From positions 1 to 54,853 of the forward strand of contig JAGOEH010000002.1 in assembly GCA_017997825.1 (NCBI GenBank): DNA of 54,853 bases. Reading direction: 5' to 3'. Position numbers and translations under genes: made by a program. This stretch comes from Candidatus Delongbacteria bacterium (GTDB taxonomy: Bacteria; JAGOEH01). The notes beneath the pieces are model-generated. The model was not told the origin of the DNA. It was given only the letters and a program-made list of their open reading frames with translations, and ran no database searches. Below are positions 1-10,411 of this stretch, piece by piece. Within the stretch, counting starts at the first letter, position 1; each line of letters begins with the position of its first letter.

Positions 1-732
1 ACCCTGCGTCATTACGTAGGGTTCGGCGAATAGCTGGAAATATCCGATGATGGTCATAATGTCCACCAGCAGCGTAGTCGGTGCCAGCTGGGGAATGGTA
101 ATATAAATCTGCTGTTGCAGCCATCCTGCTCCGTCCAAACCGGCAGCTTCATACAACTGATCGGGAATGGACTGTAAGCCGGCCAGATAAATCATCATAT
201 AGAATCCGAAATTTTTCCAGACACTAAGAATAATCAGGGCCGGCATGGCCCAATGGGGATCACCCAGCCAGTCGACTGCATTAATCCCTAAAAATGACAG
301 CATGTAATTGATCACACCGAATCGGGGATGATAGAGGTAACGCCATACCACCGATACGGCGACCAAGGTGGTGACAACCGGCATAAAAAAAGCCAACCGG
401 AATCCGGCTTTACCCCACAGTATTCGGGAATTGACGGCCAGAGCGGCCGCCAAAGCGGCCAAAACGGTCAGTGGTCCGGCAATCAGTACAAAATAGCAGG
501 TGTTGCCCAGAGATTTCCAAAAGAGAGGATCGGACAGCAAGCGGGTGTAATTCCCCAATCCGACGAACCGGGCAAACCGCCAGTTCGCCAGAGAATAGAT
601 GTCGAAATCGGTAAAACTCATGATCCAGGCAGCCAGGACCGGCAAAAAGAAAAACACTCCCAGAGTGGCCAGGGCCGGGGCCAAAAAAAAATAAACGGGA
701 TGATGGGCTCGCCGAAAAGACTTGATCGGCAT
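1..732 (-). CDS. Sugar ABC transporter permease (MalF/UgpA-like); C-terminus cut by window edge
   Basis: My reverse-strand translation from the ATG at 730-732 gives MPIKSFRRAHHPVYFFLAPALATLGVFFFLPVLAAWIMSFTDF...LYEAAGLDGAGWLQQQIYITIPQL. It has an EAA-loop-style motif and several hydrophobic helices. The frame stays open to base 1. The gene lies 32 nt downstream of the binding-protein gene. It is missing from the ORF track only because it runs off the edge. Confidence 0.85.
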   Translation of the reverse strand, partial: MPIKSFRRAHHPVYFFLAPALATLGVFFFLPVLAAWIMSFTDFDIYSLANWRFARFVGLGNYTRLLSDPLFWKSLGNTCYFVLIAGPLTVLAALAAALAVNSRILWGKAGFRLAFFMPVVTTLVAVSVVWRYLYHPRFGVINYMLSFLGINAVDWLGDPHWAMPALIILSVWKNFGFYMMIYLAGLQSIPDQLYEAAGLDGAGWLQQQIYITIPQLAPTTLLVDIMTIIGYFQLFAEPYVMTQG

Positions 733-764
733 GATTCTCCTCTATGGTTGGACAGGGTTGATCA

Positions 765-2112
765 TTACTCGGCCGGAATCAGGCCGCGTTCCAGTAAGTA
801 GCGCCGCTTTTCCAGCAGATAATCGATATCCCGATTCAGTTCCGGGATCATATCCGGCAGGTCGATACGCTCAAAGATGACACGATCCAAATGCTCCTGC
901 ATCTTGATCGCCGTCATTTCCCATTCTGCAATTTTGGGGGATGGCGCTACCGATTCCAGCTGATGATAAAAAGGAAGCATAATCGAATCATGGGTAATGC
1001 CGGCTTTTTGCCAGGCTGATTTGACTGCCGGCAGATCCTGGGTCAACCGGTAAAATTCCGCCTGGGTTTCGGATCGGGTCAGGTATTCTATAAAACGCCA
1101 GGCCTCGGCCGGGTATCGGGTGGATTTAAACATCACCAGACTGGAACCACCTGCCGTCGAGAATCGCCGGGATTCTCCCGGTAACATGGCGGTTGACCAA
1201 CGTCCCTCCAGCTTGGGAATCCGGTTTCGAATTTCGCCGACATTCCACGGCCCCGTCACCATCCAGGCAAAATACCCCTCTTCAAATCCTTGATAAATAT
1301 TGGTAATGCGAGTCATGTCCCGAGGGGCCAGCCCCTGTTTGAAAAACTGAATATAAAGGGTAAGTGCCCTGATGGTAGCCGGATCATCGAAGGCCCCCCA
1401 TTGGTTTTGTTCCTTGAGCAGCGATCCTCCATAATGAAGAATCATCAGAGCCGGTATCTGCCAATCCCCGTGAACCAGCGAAAAGAAAGCACTGTAACGA
1501 TCAGGATAGCGATGCTTGATGGCTTGCGATACCTCCAGCCATCCCTGCCAGGTTTCCGGCGCTTGCAAGTACCCAACCTCCTTCAAAATATCGGTCCGGT
1601 AAAACACCAGCCGTGTATCCACATACCATGGAATTCCCCATACCTGTCCTCCCATTCGGTTGGTCTCCCAAATACCCTGAAAAAATTGATCCGGATCAAT
1701 GACGCCGGATTGTTGTATCATCGAATCCAGCGCATATAATGAACCAATGGCCTGGAACTCCGGGATCCAAGTGTTACCCAATTGACATATATCCGGAGTG
1801 GAATTGCCGGCAAAGGCCGTCAACAACTTCTCATGCGACGCCGACCACGGAATAGCCTGAACCTCGACCTCGATTCCCGGATTCATCCGCTGAAATCCGG
1901 GGATCATCTCCTCAACCTTTTCCCCTTCAAATCCCATGGCCCAGAATGTCAGCCGGATTTTTGACGAGGAATCAGACCATGAATCTAAATTATTTGTGCA
2001 GACGCCCCCGATCATTCCCACTACCATAACAAGATATATCAATCGTAATCGAACCGCCCCCTCTCCCCGTAATCTCCATCGTATGCGCCGTTTTTCCATG
2101 TCCATCCTCATC
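765..2112 (-). CDS. ABC transporter extracellular solute-binding protein (family 1, sugar type)
   Basis: The ORF resembles MalE/UgpB-like binding proteins (e.g. GIPWYVDTRLVFYRTDIL, tryptophan-rich mature part). It has a hydrophobic signal segment LIYLVMVVGMIGGVC and sits immediately upstream of a permease. The track start at 2153 is a TTG. In-frame ATGs at 2112, 2106 and 2100 precede the signal peptide, so the start is uncertain by ~50 nt. Confidence 0.8.
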
Positions 2113-2303
2113 TGATGCCAAGCCACCCAATCGACCTTTTCATGGTTTTCCAATCCGATTAGGTTATCCGGCTCTTTTATTAGATGTGTTCCGGTTTCAA
2201 CCGGTGTCTAAATAATTTGTTCCCCAGGATAATCCATCTCAACGAGGACTAATAAAACCATTTAGACAACACAGATCAAGGAAGATTTTACCGCGCAGAT
2301 TGT

Positions 2304-2331
2304 AATATATCTCATTTTTCGGGTTTGTCAA
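2304..2331 (-). promoter_or_regulatory. Candidate sigma-70-type promoter for the ABC transporter genes
   Basis: Read on the minus strand: TTGACA (2331-2326), 16 nt, TATATT (2309-2304). The same hexamers and spacing recur upstream of other minus-strand genes in this window. Confidence 0.4.
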
Positions 2332-2579
2332 CCCTATAATTCAAAACCGGCATCATTAAACCAAAAGAGCAAAGCGCTGAGGTGTGTTTTTTGGCCGATT
2401 CGGCCATGGGAGCGTGAGATCCGGTTTCAATCCGGATCTCACACGTACCGGTATCGGAATCCGTTGTTGAGCAGCGGATTAATATGGATCAACGACCACC
2501 AATCTCAAGCATGGGATGGTGGCAAAGGATATCCGCTTACCGAAGAGAATGTCTTGCGTCCGTCCGATCCGGTTCCGGT

Positions 2580-3776
2580 TTAACTGGTTTGCCGGAATTT
2601 AGCGCTGAGGGCCAGGATTCCGCCCAACAGAGAGACTCCGGCGGCCGCCAAAAAGGCGGTTTGATAAGTGAACATGGCTCCGATGCGAGGGCCGAATACC
2701 CCGGCCAGGCTGAAGGCGCTGAACAGGATGCCGTAATTGACGCTGATGTTTTTACTTCCGAAAGAATCGGCGCAATAGGAGGGAAATATACCCAGATAGC
2801 CGCCGAAACACAAACCGACCAGGATGAACGCCAGGGTCAGACTGATGATATGGCCTGCCACCCATGGCAGAGAGATCATGACGAGAGTTGTGATCAGGAA
2901 CATGGAGCCTAGGGCTTCGAGCCGTCCCAGTTTATCGGAAATGGCCCCCCACAGGACCCGTCCCAGGGCATTGGCCAACGCCAGGATTCCCACAATGGTG
3001 GCCGCCATGGCCGGAGCGGCCTGAGCCAGCTCCTGGGCAATCGGAGAAGCTTGGCTGATCAGCATTAATCCGGAAAAGGTTCCGAAGGCATACAGCAGAA
3101 ACATGAACCAGAATTTACTTTTTTTCAGCATTTCCCGCCAGGTGATATCCGCCGCCATGGGTCTTGCACCCGGCTTACTTCGGTTGAAACCGGCCGGAGA
3201 ATAATCCTTGGGAGGACTGGAAATAAAATAAGCCGCGGCCAGCATTACCACTAGAAAAGCCAGCCCCATGACCTTAAAGGTTCCCATCAATCCCAGACCG
3301 GGCGAATCCAGTAACGCTTGGGCCAACGGAGCCAGAACCAGAGGACCTCCGCCCAGAGCCCCCACCACCAAGCCGGAAGAGAGTCCGCGTTTATCCGGAA
3401 ACCATTTAACCACCGCCCCCACAATCGCGCCATAGGCTATCCCGCTGCCGATACCCATCATCAGACCATAGGTCAGATAGAGCGTGACCATATTCCAGCT
3501 GAAACCGGCCAAAAACACACCCAGGGCAAAAATAAGGCTGCCAACCATCACCACGGCCCGTGGGCCCTTCTGATCGGCAAATTTACCGCCCGTGATGGCT
3601 CCCAGCGGCAGGCAGGCGATGATCAATGAAAAAGCCAGCACCGACTGTTCACGGCTGCAACCGAAATGCGCCATGATAGGTTTGGCAAATACACTGGATG
3701 CATAAGCTGATCCCTGACACAAATTAGAAAACATACCGGCAATAATCACCAGCCAGCGGCGCTTGTCTGCGTCCAC
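2580..3776 (-). CDS. MFS transporter, oxalate/formate antiporter (OFA)-like
   Basis: 398 aa with about 12 hydrophobic helices and a GGKFADQKGPR loop motif typical of MFS/OFA members. The GTG start is preceded by AAAGGAGGA (3781-3789, minus strand) with a 4-nt gap. Confidence 0.8.
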   Translation of the reverse strand: MDADKRRWLVIIAGMFSNLCQGSAYASSVFAKPIMAHFGCSREQSVLAFSLIIACLPLGAITGGKFADQKGPRAVVMVGSLIFALGVFLAGFSWNMVTLYLTYGLMMGIGSGIAYGAIVGAVVKWFPDKRGLSSGLVVGALGGGPLVLAPLAQALLDSPGLGLMGTFKVMGLAFLVVMLAAAYFISSPPKDYSPAGFNRSKPGARPMAADITWREMLKKSKFWFMFLLYAFGTFSGLMLISQASPIAQELAQAAPAMAATIVGILALANALGRVLWGAISDKLGRLEALGSMFLITTLVMISLPWVAGHIISLTLAFILVGLCFGGYLGIFPSYCADSFGSKNISVNYGILFSAFSLAGVFGPRIGAMFTYQTAFLAAAGVSLLGGILALSAKFRQTS

Positions 3777-3916
3777 AGTATCCTCCTTTAGTTGGTGGGG
3801 GTTGGGGCTTGTATCAAGAGTCTATTAAACGATATGAATAGTTATACAATTTTTGGACTATTGTCAAGGCTAAAGATAAATTCGGTGAAAAAATTCCGGA
3901 TCAGCTCCAGTCACTT

Positions 3917-6106
3917 TTATTCCGGGATCGATGGGGCCGAAACAGGCAGAGTGAAATAGAAGGTCGATCCCTTTCCGATCTGGCTCTCACACCAGATACG
4001 GCCGCCATGGCGTTCCACCATATCCCGGCACAATACCAGACCCAGTCCGGTCCCCCGTTCATCCGCCGTGCCGATAGTGGAATAATTTCCGTCCACTTTG
4101 AATATTCTAAGCAACCCATCCTGAGAAATCCCAATTCCGCTGTCCCGGATGGAGATCAAACTATCATGATTTTGGGGCCTGCCGTTGATCCAGACCGATT
4201 GTTCAGGATAACTGAATTTGATGGCGTTGGAGATGAGATTCTGAAGAATCAGCTGGATCATGTTCTGATCCGTCCAAACCATCATTCCGATCGGAACCTG
4301 ATTCACCAAGGCAATATCTTTGGCGGCCGCCTGGGTTTTCAGATAAGTGAGGACTGTTTTTACCACTTGATAAAGATTGATCTCTCCCGGATTAAACTCA
4401 ATTTTCCCCATTTGCAGCCTGGACCAGGTCAGGATATCCTCCAATAATTCCAATTGGCTTTTAGCCGCTTGATTGATCTCCTGACTGTACAATCGGATCT
4501 TTTCACGGGGCAGGGTTTCCGATTCCCGGTATAGCATTTCGGTCAGTCCCAGAAATGCGGTAAAGGGACTGCGAAGATCGTGGGAAATGATGGAAAACAG
4601 TTTATCCTTATTGGACAGGGTCATTTTAAGCGCGTCCTGAGAACGTTCCAACTGCTCTTTTTGCTGATTGATCAAATCGTTTTTTTCACTTAACAGCCGA
4701 TGGGCTGTTTTTTTGGCTCGGTATCGGGTATAGACCCCTGCTACCAGTAGTAAAGACAATCCCAACAGGGTCAGGATAAACCACTGAAACCGCTTTTCAT
4801 AAGCCTTTTCGCGGGTCAGATGGGCAATCTCATTTTCCCGGTGCTCCGTCTCGTACTGAATGTTGAGGGCGGAAATAAGCCGGTTTTTTTCAAGATTAAG
4901 GATGGTATCCTGAATGGTCTGTACTTTTTTCCGGTATTCCAATGCTTCCCGATAGTGTCCCAGGGATTGATGGATTTCCGAAAGATACTGGTAACTATCC
5001 TTGATCCTGGGTTTGGCCTGGATCTCCTGAGCAATGGATAAGGCTTCTTCCAGTTCGGCGATCGCCAGCCAAAAGTTGCCAAGACGCCCATCCACGTATC
5101 CCATAGCATTCAAAGTCTCCGCATACCCGTTTTTCGTCCCCGGCAGATTCCGGTAAATTTCCCACGCCTTCTGATAAAATGTTCGAGCTTTGGCAAACTG
5201 AAGCTGGTCCCGATAAAGACTACCCAGATTGTAATAGGCAAAGGCAATACTGACGGGATTATTAACCTTCTCGCTGATTTGCAGACTTTCCGTAAGGTAC
5301 TGTTCCGATTTCTGGAATTCAGCTTTTTTGGCATAGATAGAACCCAGTTTCGAGGTAATGATGGATCGGAAATTAAAATCCTGTTCCGAATCAGCCACAT
5401 CCAGGGCCATTTCCAAATAAGACGCCGCCTGATCATAATCCTTCAGGTAGATAAAAACATCGGAAAGATTGGCCCGGGTTAGAGCCAGCGATCGTTTATT
5501 CCCTAAGGTCTCTTTCAGACGGAGGGATTCCAGATAGAATCGAATCGAGGTATCATAATTTCCAAGATAGTAATTAACGATCCCCAAATCATTCGCATTG
5601 ATAGCCAATCGTTCCTTATCACCAATCTCCATAAAAACGGTATGGGATTTTAAATAGAATTCGAAGGCCCGGGTCAGGTTATCTTCATTGAAATAGTTTT
5701 GCCCCAAATAATTATAAACAATGCCCTCGCCGGTTCTGTTACGAATGGATTGATAGATATCCAAGGCTCTGAAATAGCAGAAACGTGCCGAATCAGCCCG
5801 TTTCCACTGGGCATGGTATTTGCCCATTTCTTTCTGGAGATCCGCTTCACCCTGAGGATAGCTGAGCGCTTTGGCAAGATTGATCCCCGTCTCGCCATAA
5901 TGCCGGGCCAGACTTGAATCATCGCTCCGATAAGCATAAACCAATTGAATCAGGATATCGATCTTGTCTCGTCCCTGAACCTCATTCAGTCTTGATTCCA
6001 GGTTGCGAATCCGGGATTTGTCCAGCTTGACCTGAGTCATAGTCAGTAGGCTTTGCGCCGGCAACCACGACGAAAATATCAGATAAATCCATAGAAACTT
6101 TTTCAT
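3917..6106 (-). CDS. Sensor histidine kinase with periplasmic TPR array (SP-TPR-TM-coiled coil-HisKA-HATPase)
   Basis: Kinase motifs: H-box SHDLRSPF, N-box NLISNAIKFS, G1 DSGIGIS, G2 GTGLGLVLCRDMVERHGG. There is a signal peptide MKKFLWIYLIFSSWLPAQS, many TPR-like units and one TM helix (WFILTLLGLSLLLVAGVY). I chose the ATG at 6106 because it opens the signal peptide. An in-frame ATG at 6154 is an alternative. Confidence 0.85.
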   Translation of the reverse strand: MKKFLWIYLIFSSWLPAQSLLTMTQVKLDKSRIRNLESRLNEVQGRDKIDILIQLVYAYRSDDSSLARHYGETGINLAKALSYPQGEADLQKEMGKYHAQWKRADSARFCYFRALDIYQSIRNRTGEGIVYNYLGQNYFNEDNLTRAFEFYLKSHTVFMEIGDKERLAINANDLGIVNYYLGNYDTSIRFYLESLRLKETLGNKRSLALTRANLSDVFIYLKDYDQAASYLEMALDVADSEQDFNFRSIITSKLGSIYAKKAEFQKSEQYLTESLQISEKVNNPVSIAFAYYNLGSLYRDQLQFAKARTFYQKAWEIYRNLPGTKNGYAETLNAMGYVDGRLGNFWLAIAELEEALSIAQEIQAKPRIKDSYQYLSEIHQSLGHYREALEYRKKVQTIQDTILNLEKNRLISALNIQYETEHRENEIAHLTREKAYEKRFQWFILTLLGLSLLLVAGVYTRYRAKKTAHRLLSEKNDLINQQKEQLERSQDALKMTLSNKDKLFSIISHDLRSPFTAFLGLTEMLYRESETLPREKIRLYSQEINQAAKSQLELLEDILTWSRLQMGKIEFNPGEINLYQVVKTVLTYLKTQAAAKDIALVNQVPIGMMVWTDQNMIQLILQNLISNAIKFSYPEQSVWINGRPQNHDSLISIRDSGIGISQDGLLRIFKVDGNYSTIGTADERGTGLGLVLCRDMVERHGGRIWCESQIGKGSTFYFTLPVSAPSIPE

Positions 6107-6225
6107 GATAATCGAGACCCGATCAGGGTTAAGTTTAATGATCCGGCCAATCATCGAGGATTAATCGATCGGCGGCCGCATCATCCAAACGGATTGTTTT
6201 TACTATTAAACACGATCCTTGATTC

Positions 6226-6255
6226 TAAAATAAAATAAATCAGCAGGATTGTCAA
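6226..6255 (-). promoter_or_regulatory. Weak candidate promoter for the TPR histidine kinase
   Basis: Minus strand: TTGACA (6255-6250), 18 nt, TATTTT (6231-6226). The spacing is long and the -10 is poor. Confidence 0.25.
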
Positions 6256-6328
6256 CTATTAATCCGTTCATTCCGAAAACCGGTTCGGATCAATCTGCTA
6301 CACTCTTGAGCTGTTTGTAAAAACCATC

Positions 6329-6357
6329 TTGACAGCCGGGCAAAAAAATTGTATGGT
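6329..6357 (+). promoter_or_regulatory. Candidate sigma-70-type promoter for apbE (predicts a leaderless mRNA)
   Basis: TTGACA (6329-6334), 17 nt, TATGGT (6352-6357). The first ATG of the ORF (6364) lies 7 nt after the -10, and no Shine-Dalgarno motif lies in between. Confidence 0.45.
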
Positions 6358-6363
6358 CAAATC

Positions 6364-7395
6364 ATGAACCGTTCTATGTTTAAAACCGGCAAAGCCATCA
6401 TCCCCATCCTGTCGGTCTGTTTGCTGATTCTGATCGGGATCGTTCGGTTCCATCAATCGATGAAACCTCAATCCCATCGGTTGTACTGGGAAAAATATGA
6501 TACCCTGGTTGAAATTATTTTTTTCAGCCGGCGCCGAGACTCGGTCGATGAAACCATACTCCAGCACCATATTGAACAGCAGTTGGACGAATTGAACCTG
6601 GTTTTTTCGGTTTATGACACCCAAAGCGTAGTATCCACGCTTAACCGAACCCAGTCCGATCGGGCGGTTATTCCCCCCTGTCTGGCTAAGGTTATCCATC
6701 AGTCGCTGACTCTGAACCATCAAACCGGAGGGATGTTCGACATTACTGTCCGGCCGTTGGTTAAGCTATGGAACTTCAGGCAAGCCAAAATTCCCGATTC
6801 TCTGGATATCGTCCGTATTCTGGAAACTATTGGGAGCCGATATCTGGAAATCAAGAACGATACTCTGATTTACCGTCGATCGGGTATTCAGCTCGATCTG
6901 GGTGCGATTTCCAAAGGATTTATTATCGATTCAATTGCTCACTATCTGGCACATTATCCGGGAATTTCAGCCGGACTGGTCAATATCGGAGGAGATATTG
7001 CCACCTTCGGCTCCAAACCGGTCGATCAGGGATTATGGTCCGTCGGAATTCAAAATCCGCGGGCGACCGACCGGATCTGGAAAACTCTTTCCATTGAGTC
7101 GGGCCAGGCTGTCACCACCAGCGGCGACTATTTTCGCTTCTTTACCGGTCCGGATGGCCGTCGGTATTCCCATATCATCAATCCTCTGACTGGATATCCC
7201 ACCCTCCATCATCTGATCAGCGTCACCATCCTGGCCCCGAATGCTATGCTTGCCGATGGACTCTCCACCAGCGTCTTCGTGCTCGGACGGGATCCAGGGA
7301 TCCAATTCCTAAAAACCCACTACCCCCAGATCCGCTATCTCCTGATTACGGAGGAAAACGGACAATTGAAAGAATACTCCAATCTGAATCCATAA
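6364..7395 (+). CDS. apbE: FAD:protein FMN transferase (ApbE family)
   Basis: Family motifs DLGAISKGFIID, TSGDYFRFF and ADGLSTSVFVLG, plus an N-terminal signal/anchor MNRSMFKTGKAIIPILSVCLLILIG. The track start at 6349 is a TTG. I prefer the ATG at 6364. Confidence 0.85.
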   Translation: MNRSMFKTGKAIIPILSVCLLILIGIVRFHQSMKPQSHRLYWEKYDTLVEIIFFSRRRDSVDETILQHHIEQQLDELNLVFSVYDTQSVVSTLNRTQSDRAVIPPCLAKVIHQSLTLNHQTGGMFDITVRPLVKLWNFRQAKIPDSLDIVRILETIGSRYLEIKNDTLIYRRSGIQLDLGAISKGFIIDSIAHYLAHYPGISAGLVNIGGDIATFGSKPVDQGLWSVGIQNPRATDRIWKTLSIESGQAVTTSGDYFRFFTGPDGRRYSHIINPLTGYPTLHHLISVTILAPNAMLADGLSTSVFVLGRDPGIQFLKTHYPQIRYLLITEENGQLKEYSNLNP

Positions 7396-7603
7396 GGATC
7401 CTCTTTACCCCCCCATGCAACATCCCCATCACTTCATATCAATCTTAACCGCCAACTTACCGTAAATTGTACGGATAGGCAAAATGCTCCAAACAAAAAA
7501 CATGAGCCATCAGAATCAGCGATTCGCGTAATACCAAGGATGATCAAACGACAGATACGATAAGAGGATTAATGGAAATAGGGTCACAGGAGGGGATAAA
7601 CCA

Positions 7604-8029
7604 TTATTCGATCACTTCCAATCGAACTTTAGCGATTCCTTTAGAGAGCATATCCAATTGTTTGGCGGCCTGATAGGAAAGATCAACAATCCGGTTTTTG
7701 ACAAATGGACCGCGGTCATTGATACGGACTGTAACCTGGCGGTTATTCTCCAGATTGGTGATTTTCAGGCGGGTTTGGAAAGGAAGCGAGCGATGAGCGG
7801 CGGTATAGCTGTACATATCAAAAATTTCACCACTGGCGGTTCGTTTCTGGTGGTATTTTTGTCCATAAAAAGAGGCATAGCCTTCCTGAACAAATCCTTT
7901 GATCGAGGGAGGTGCCGTAATCTCTTTGATACCGGAATGGTATCGGGGAGCCTGAGTGCAAGCCAGGCAGATCATCCCCCACAGAGCGGCGCCTAGCCAA
8001 AATTTATTTGCCGGCCAGTATTTTTTCAT
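7604..8029 (-). CDS. rlpA: Septal ring lytic transglycosylase RlpA-family lipoprotein (DPBB domain)
   Basis: Lipobox MICLAC, then GYASFYGQKYHQKRTASGEIFDMYSYTAAHRSLPFQTRLKITNLENNRQVTVRINDRGPF, the typical RlpA double-psi beta-barrel. The start overlaps the upstream protease gene by 26 nt. Confidence 0.85.
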   Translation of the reverse strand: MKKYWPANKFWLGAALWGMICLACTQAPRYHSGIKEITAPPSIKGFVQEGYASFYGQKYHQKRTASGEIFDMYSYTAAHRSLPFQTRLKITNLENNRQVTVRINDRGPFVKNRIVDLSYQAAKQLDMLSKGIAKVRLEVIE

Positions 8030-9752
8030 AATCGTCCTGATTCTTTAGGACGGCAATTGCTTTGACAATCGCCGGATCTTTTCGAAATTGAAGCTGGTAA
8101 AGAAAACTATCCGCCTGATTCTGACTGATCCATTGTTGTTGCAACAGATCGATGATTTCCTGGGAATTTCGCTGGATCAACTCAGGACAATCATGCCGGA
8201 GTTTGAGCCGGATGTCCTCGATATCACGTCCCAATTCGGCCTGAAGTCCCTCTTTCTGAATGGCTACATCCAATTGCTGCAGTTCCTTTTCTGCCGGGGA
8301 TTGATAGCGAAGTTCCTGTTTGCGGCTGCACCATTCGGCAAACACATTGAGAGTTTCGGTACCGATCTGAGAGTAATCGCGGATTGAATGGTTTTTCCGG
8401 TAATGAATCATAAATTTGAAAAAGGCTTGATGACGGGTTAGAAAAACGGAGATGGGAGAAAGGGTGGAGTCGACCACCTCGATATCCGGTTCAATGCCGT
8501 CACCGGCCGTTACTTCCCGTCCGCTCGAGGTATAGAACGTCTGCTGTTTTATTTTTTCGGAGAATATAGAATCTTCATAATTCAGATAGGAGACCTGATC
8601 CTGACTCCGACTGATTCTTTCTGCTACGGAGTCCTGGCTAAGAGACGCAGATCGGGAGCTGCTTTTTGCCGGTGAAAACCGGTGAATGCAGCGGCCGCTG
8701 GGGATATAATAATGGGAGGTCGTTAATTTCAGCATCCGGCCCTGGTTATCGATCGGAATCAGATTCTGGACCGATCCCTTGCCGAAGGTTTTGGTTCCAA
8801 TGATTACGCAACGATCATAATCCTGGAGTGCTCCGGCCACAATTTCGGAAGCGCTGGCGCTCCCGCGGTTCACCAGCACGGCCAGTTTACCGGAGTACAC
8901 CATGGGATCTTCCGTTTTCCATTCATTGTACATATCCCGCGATCGGTTTTTAGTTGAAACAACCTTCTTATCGGGTCCCACAAAAAGGGATACCACATCC
9001 ACCGCCTGTTGGAGCAGCCCCCCCGGGTTGTTCCGCAGATCCAGAATCAGCCCATCCGGATGTTGTTGTTCAACCTGTCGGATAGCCTCAGCCAGATCAT
9101 GGCGGGTTTTCTTGGAAAACTCACTCATCTGAATATATCCGATTCCCTGGGTCACCCCGTAATAAGGCACACTGGGTACCATAATCCTCTCTCTAATCAG
9201 CCGGGTATCGAATACCTCATCATCACCACGCTGAATGGTCAACGTCACCTCGGAATTGATATCACCGCGCAATTCATCCACCAGAGAATCCTGATTTCGC
9301 CCTTCGGCGCTTTTTCCATCGATCCGGATGATCTGGTCTCCGGATAAAATTCCGGCCCGTGCCGCCGGGGTATTCACCATCGGCGATATCACGGTCAGTC
9401 GGCCATCCTGCATATTAACCCGAATTCCTAAGCCTCCATATTCGCCTTCGGTATGGATTTTTAGATTGGCAAAGGCTTTTTTATCTTTATAGTAATGGGT
9501 ATGGGGGTCCAATTCCCGATCAATGACGGCTTGAATCGCCGTATTGACGAATTCCTGAGGAGAGACATCCCGATAATAGCGGTATAGAATAGTCTGATAA
9601 ACATCCTTCATCAGATCGAAGGCTTCAGCCTGTTCCCGATACCGGGTTTCCTGGCTGTAGCTGTACACCAATCCCATTCCCAAAACAATCAAGGCGCCCA
9701 GGCTGAGGCGCCACCATAATTTTCGGCTCATGAACCAATCCTTTTGAATCAT
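8004..9752 (-). CDS. Carboxyl-terminal processing protease (peptidase S41, PDZ domain)
   Basis: PDZ-like GILSGDQIIRIDG, a catalytic-Ser region NRGSASASEIVAGAL, and GTKTFGKGSVQ. There is an N-terminal TM/signal segment. The ATG at 9750-9752 shares one base with the tmk stop (TGATG). The track start at 9755 is a TTG. Confidence 0.85.
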   Translation of the reverse strand: MIQKDWFMSRKLWWRLSLGALIVLGMGLVYSYSQETRYREQAEAFDLMKDVYQTILYRYYRDVSPQEFVNTAIQAVIDRELDPHTHYYKDKKAFANLKIHTEGEYGGLGIRVNMQDGRLTVISPMVNTPAARAGILSGDQIIRIDGKSAEGRNQDSLVDELRGDINSEVTLTIQRGDDEVFDTRLIRERIMVPSVPYYGVTQGIGYIQMSEFSKKTRHDLAEAIRQVEQQHPDGLILDLRNNPGGLLQQAVDVVSLFVGPDKKVVSTKNRSRDMYNEWKTEDPMVYSGKLAVLVNRGSASASEIVAGALQDYDRCVIIGTKTFGKGSVQNLIPIDNQGRMLKLTTSHYYIPSGRCIHRFSPAKSSSRSASLSQDSVAERISRSQDQVSYLNYEDSIFSEKIKQQTFYTSSGREVTAGDGIEPDIEVVDSTLSPISVFLTRHQAFFKFMIHYRKNHSIRDYSQIGTETLNVFAEWCSRKQELRYQSPAEKELQQLDVAIQKEGLQAELGRDIEDIRLKLRHDCPELIQRNSQEIIDLLQQQWISQNQADSFLYQLQFRKDPAIVKAIAVLKNQDDYEKILAGK

Positions 9753-10372
9753 CAAGGCTGTAAAGTGGAAAAATTGACAATAATCTGGTGGTGGATCTCC
9801 TGAATGCTCCGATTACCGTCCACCACGACATAACGTTCCGGATACGATACCGCCAGAGCCAGATACCCCTGACGCATCTGCTCCACCTGCCGTATAGAAA
9901 AATGCTCCATCCGATTACGATCGCCGGATGCCTGAATTCGGGCTTCACAGATCTCGATCGGCAGATCGATCAAAAAAGTGATGTCAGGCATAATATCGAT
10001 ACCGGCCAGACGATGAATATCCAGAATAGTTTGCCGGTCAATACCACGAACCACTCCCTGATAGACCAGTGAGGAATCCAGGTATCGGTCGCAGATGACA
10101 TGACGTCCATCCGTCAGGTTGGGACGGATACACTCTTCCAGATGCTGTTTCCGGCTGGCGGTATACAGTAGCAGCTCGGTCATCGGGACCATCGAATTGG
10201 CCTTGTCCAGCAGAATATGGCGGATCTTTTCCGAAACCGGGGCACCTCCCGGCTCCCGGGATACCACGGCCGGGATATCATGCAGCAGACAATACTCTCG
10301 CAACAGCTTGACTTGGCTGGTTTTCCCGCATCGGTCGATCCCCTCGAATGTAATAAATCGGGCTGGGTTCAT
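9752..10372 (-). CDS. tmk: Thymidylate kinase
   Basis: P-loop FITFEGIDRCGKTSQ, SREPGG, DRYLDSSLVYQG; 206 aa. Confidence 0.9.
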   Translation of the reverse strand: MNPARFITFEGIDRCGKTSQVKLLREYCLLHDIPAVVSREPGGAPVSEKIRHILLDKANSMVPMTELLLYTASRKQHLEECIRPNLTDGRHVICDRYLDSSLVYQGVVRGIDRQTILDIHRLAGIDIMPDITFLIDLPIEICEARIQASGDRNRMEHFSIRQVEQMRQGYLALAVSYPERYVVVDGNRSIQEIHHQIIVNFSTLQP

Positions 10373-10376
10373 ACAT

Positions 10377-10411
10377 AAAAAAAGGGGGCATAGCTTAAAA
10401 TCTATGCCCCC
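10377..10411 (-). terminator. Rho-independent terminator after the inositol-phosphate synthase gene
   Basis: Minus-strand RNA: GGGGGCAUA (10411-10403), a 10-nt loop, UAUGCCCCC (10392-10384), then UUUUUUU (10383-10377). The 9-bp stem is GC-rich and starts 10 nt after the stop at 10422. Confidence 0.7.

Noticed and set aside
328-801. 157-aa plus-strand ORF at the left edge
   Set aside because: It lies antisense to a clearly recognisable ABC permease frame. Its composition is Gly/Gln/Arg-rich and low in complexity, which is typical of a shadow ORF.
2393-2442. Two adjacent hairpins (GGCCGATTCGGCC, and an 11-bp stem GTGAGATCCGG/CCGGATCTCAC) considered as the MFS terminator
   Set aside because: Neither hairpin is followed by a U-tract on the minus-strand transcript. 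They may be 3'-UTR structure or a Rho-dependent or processing site, but I cannot call a terminator.
2484-2912. 142-aa plus-strand ORF spanning the MFS 3' end
   Set aside because: It overlaps the MFS gene antisense and has a Gly/Arg/Gln-rich composition. It is a shadow ORF.
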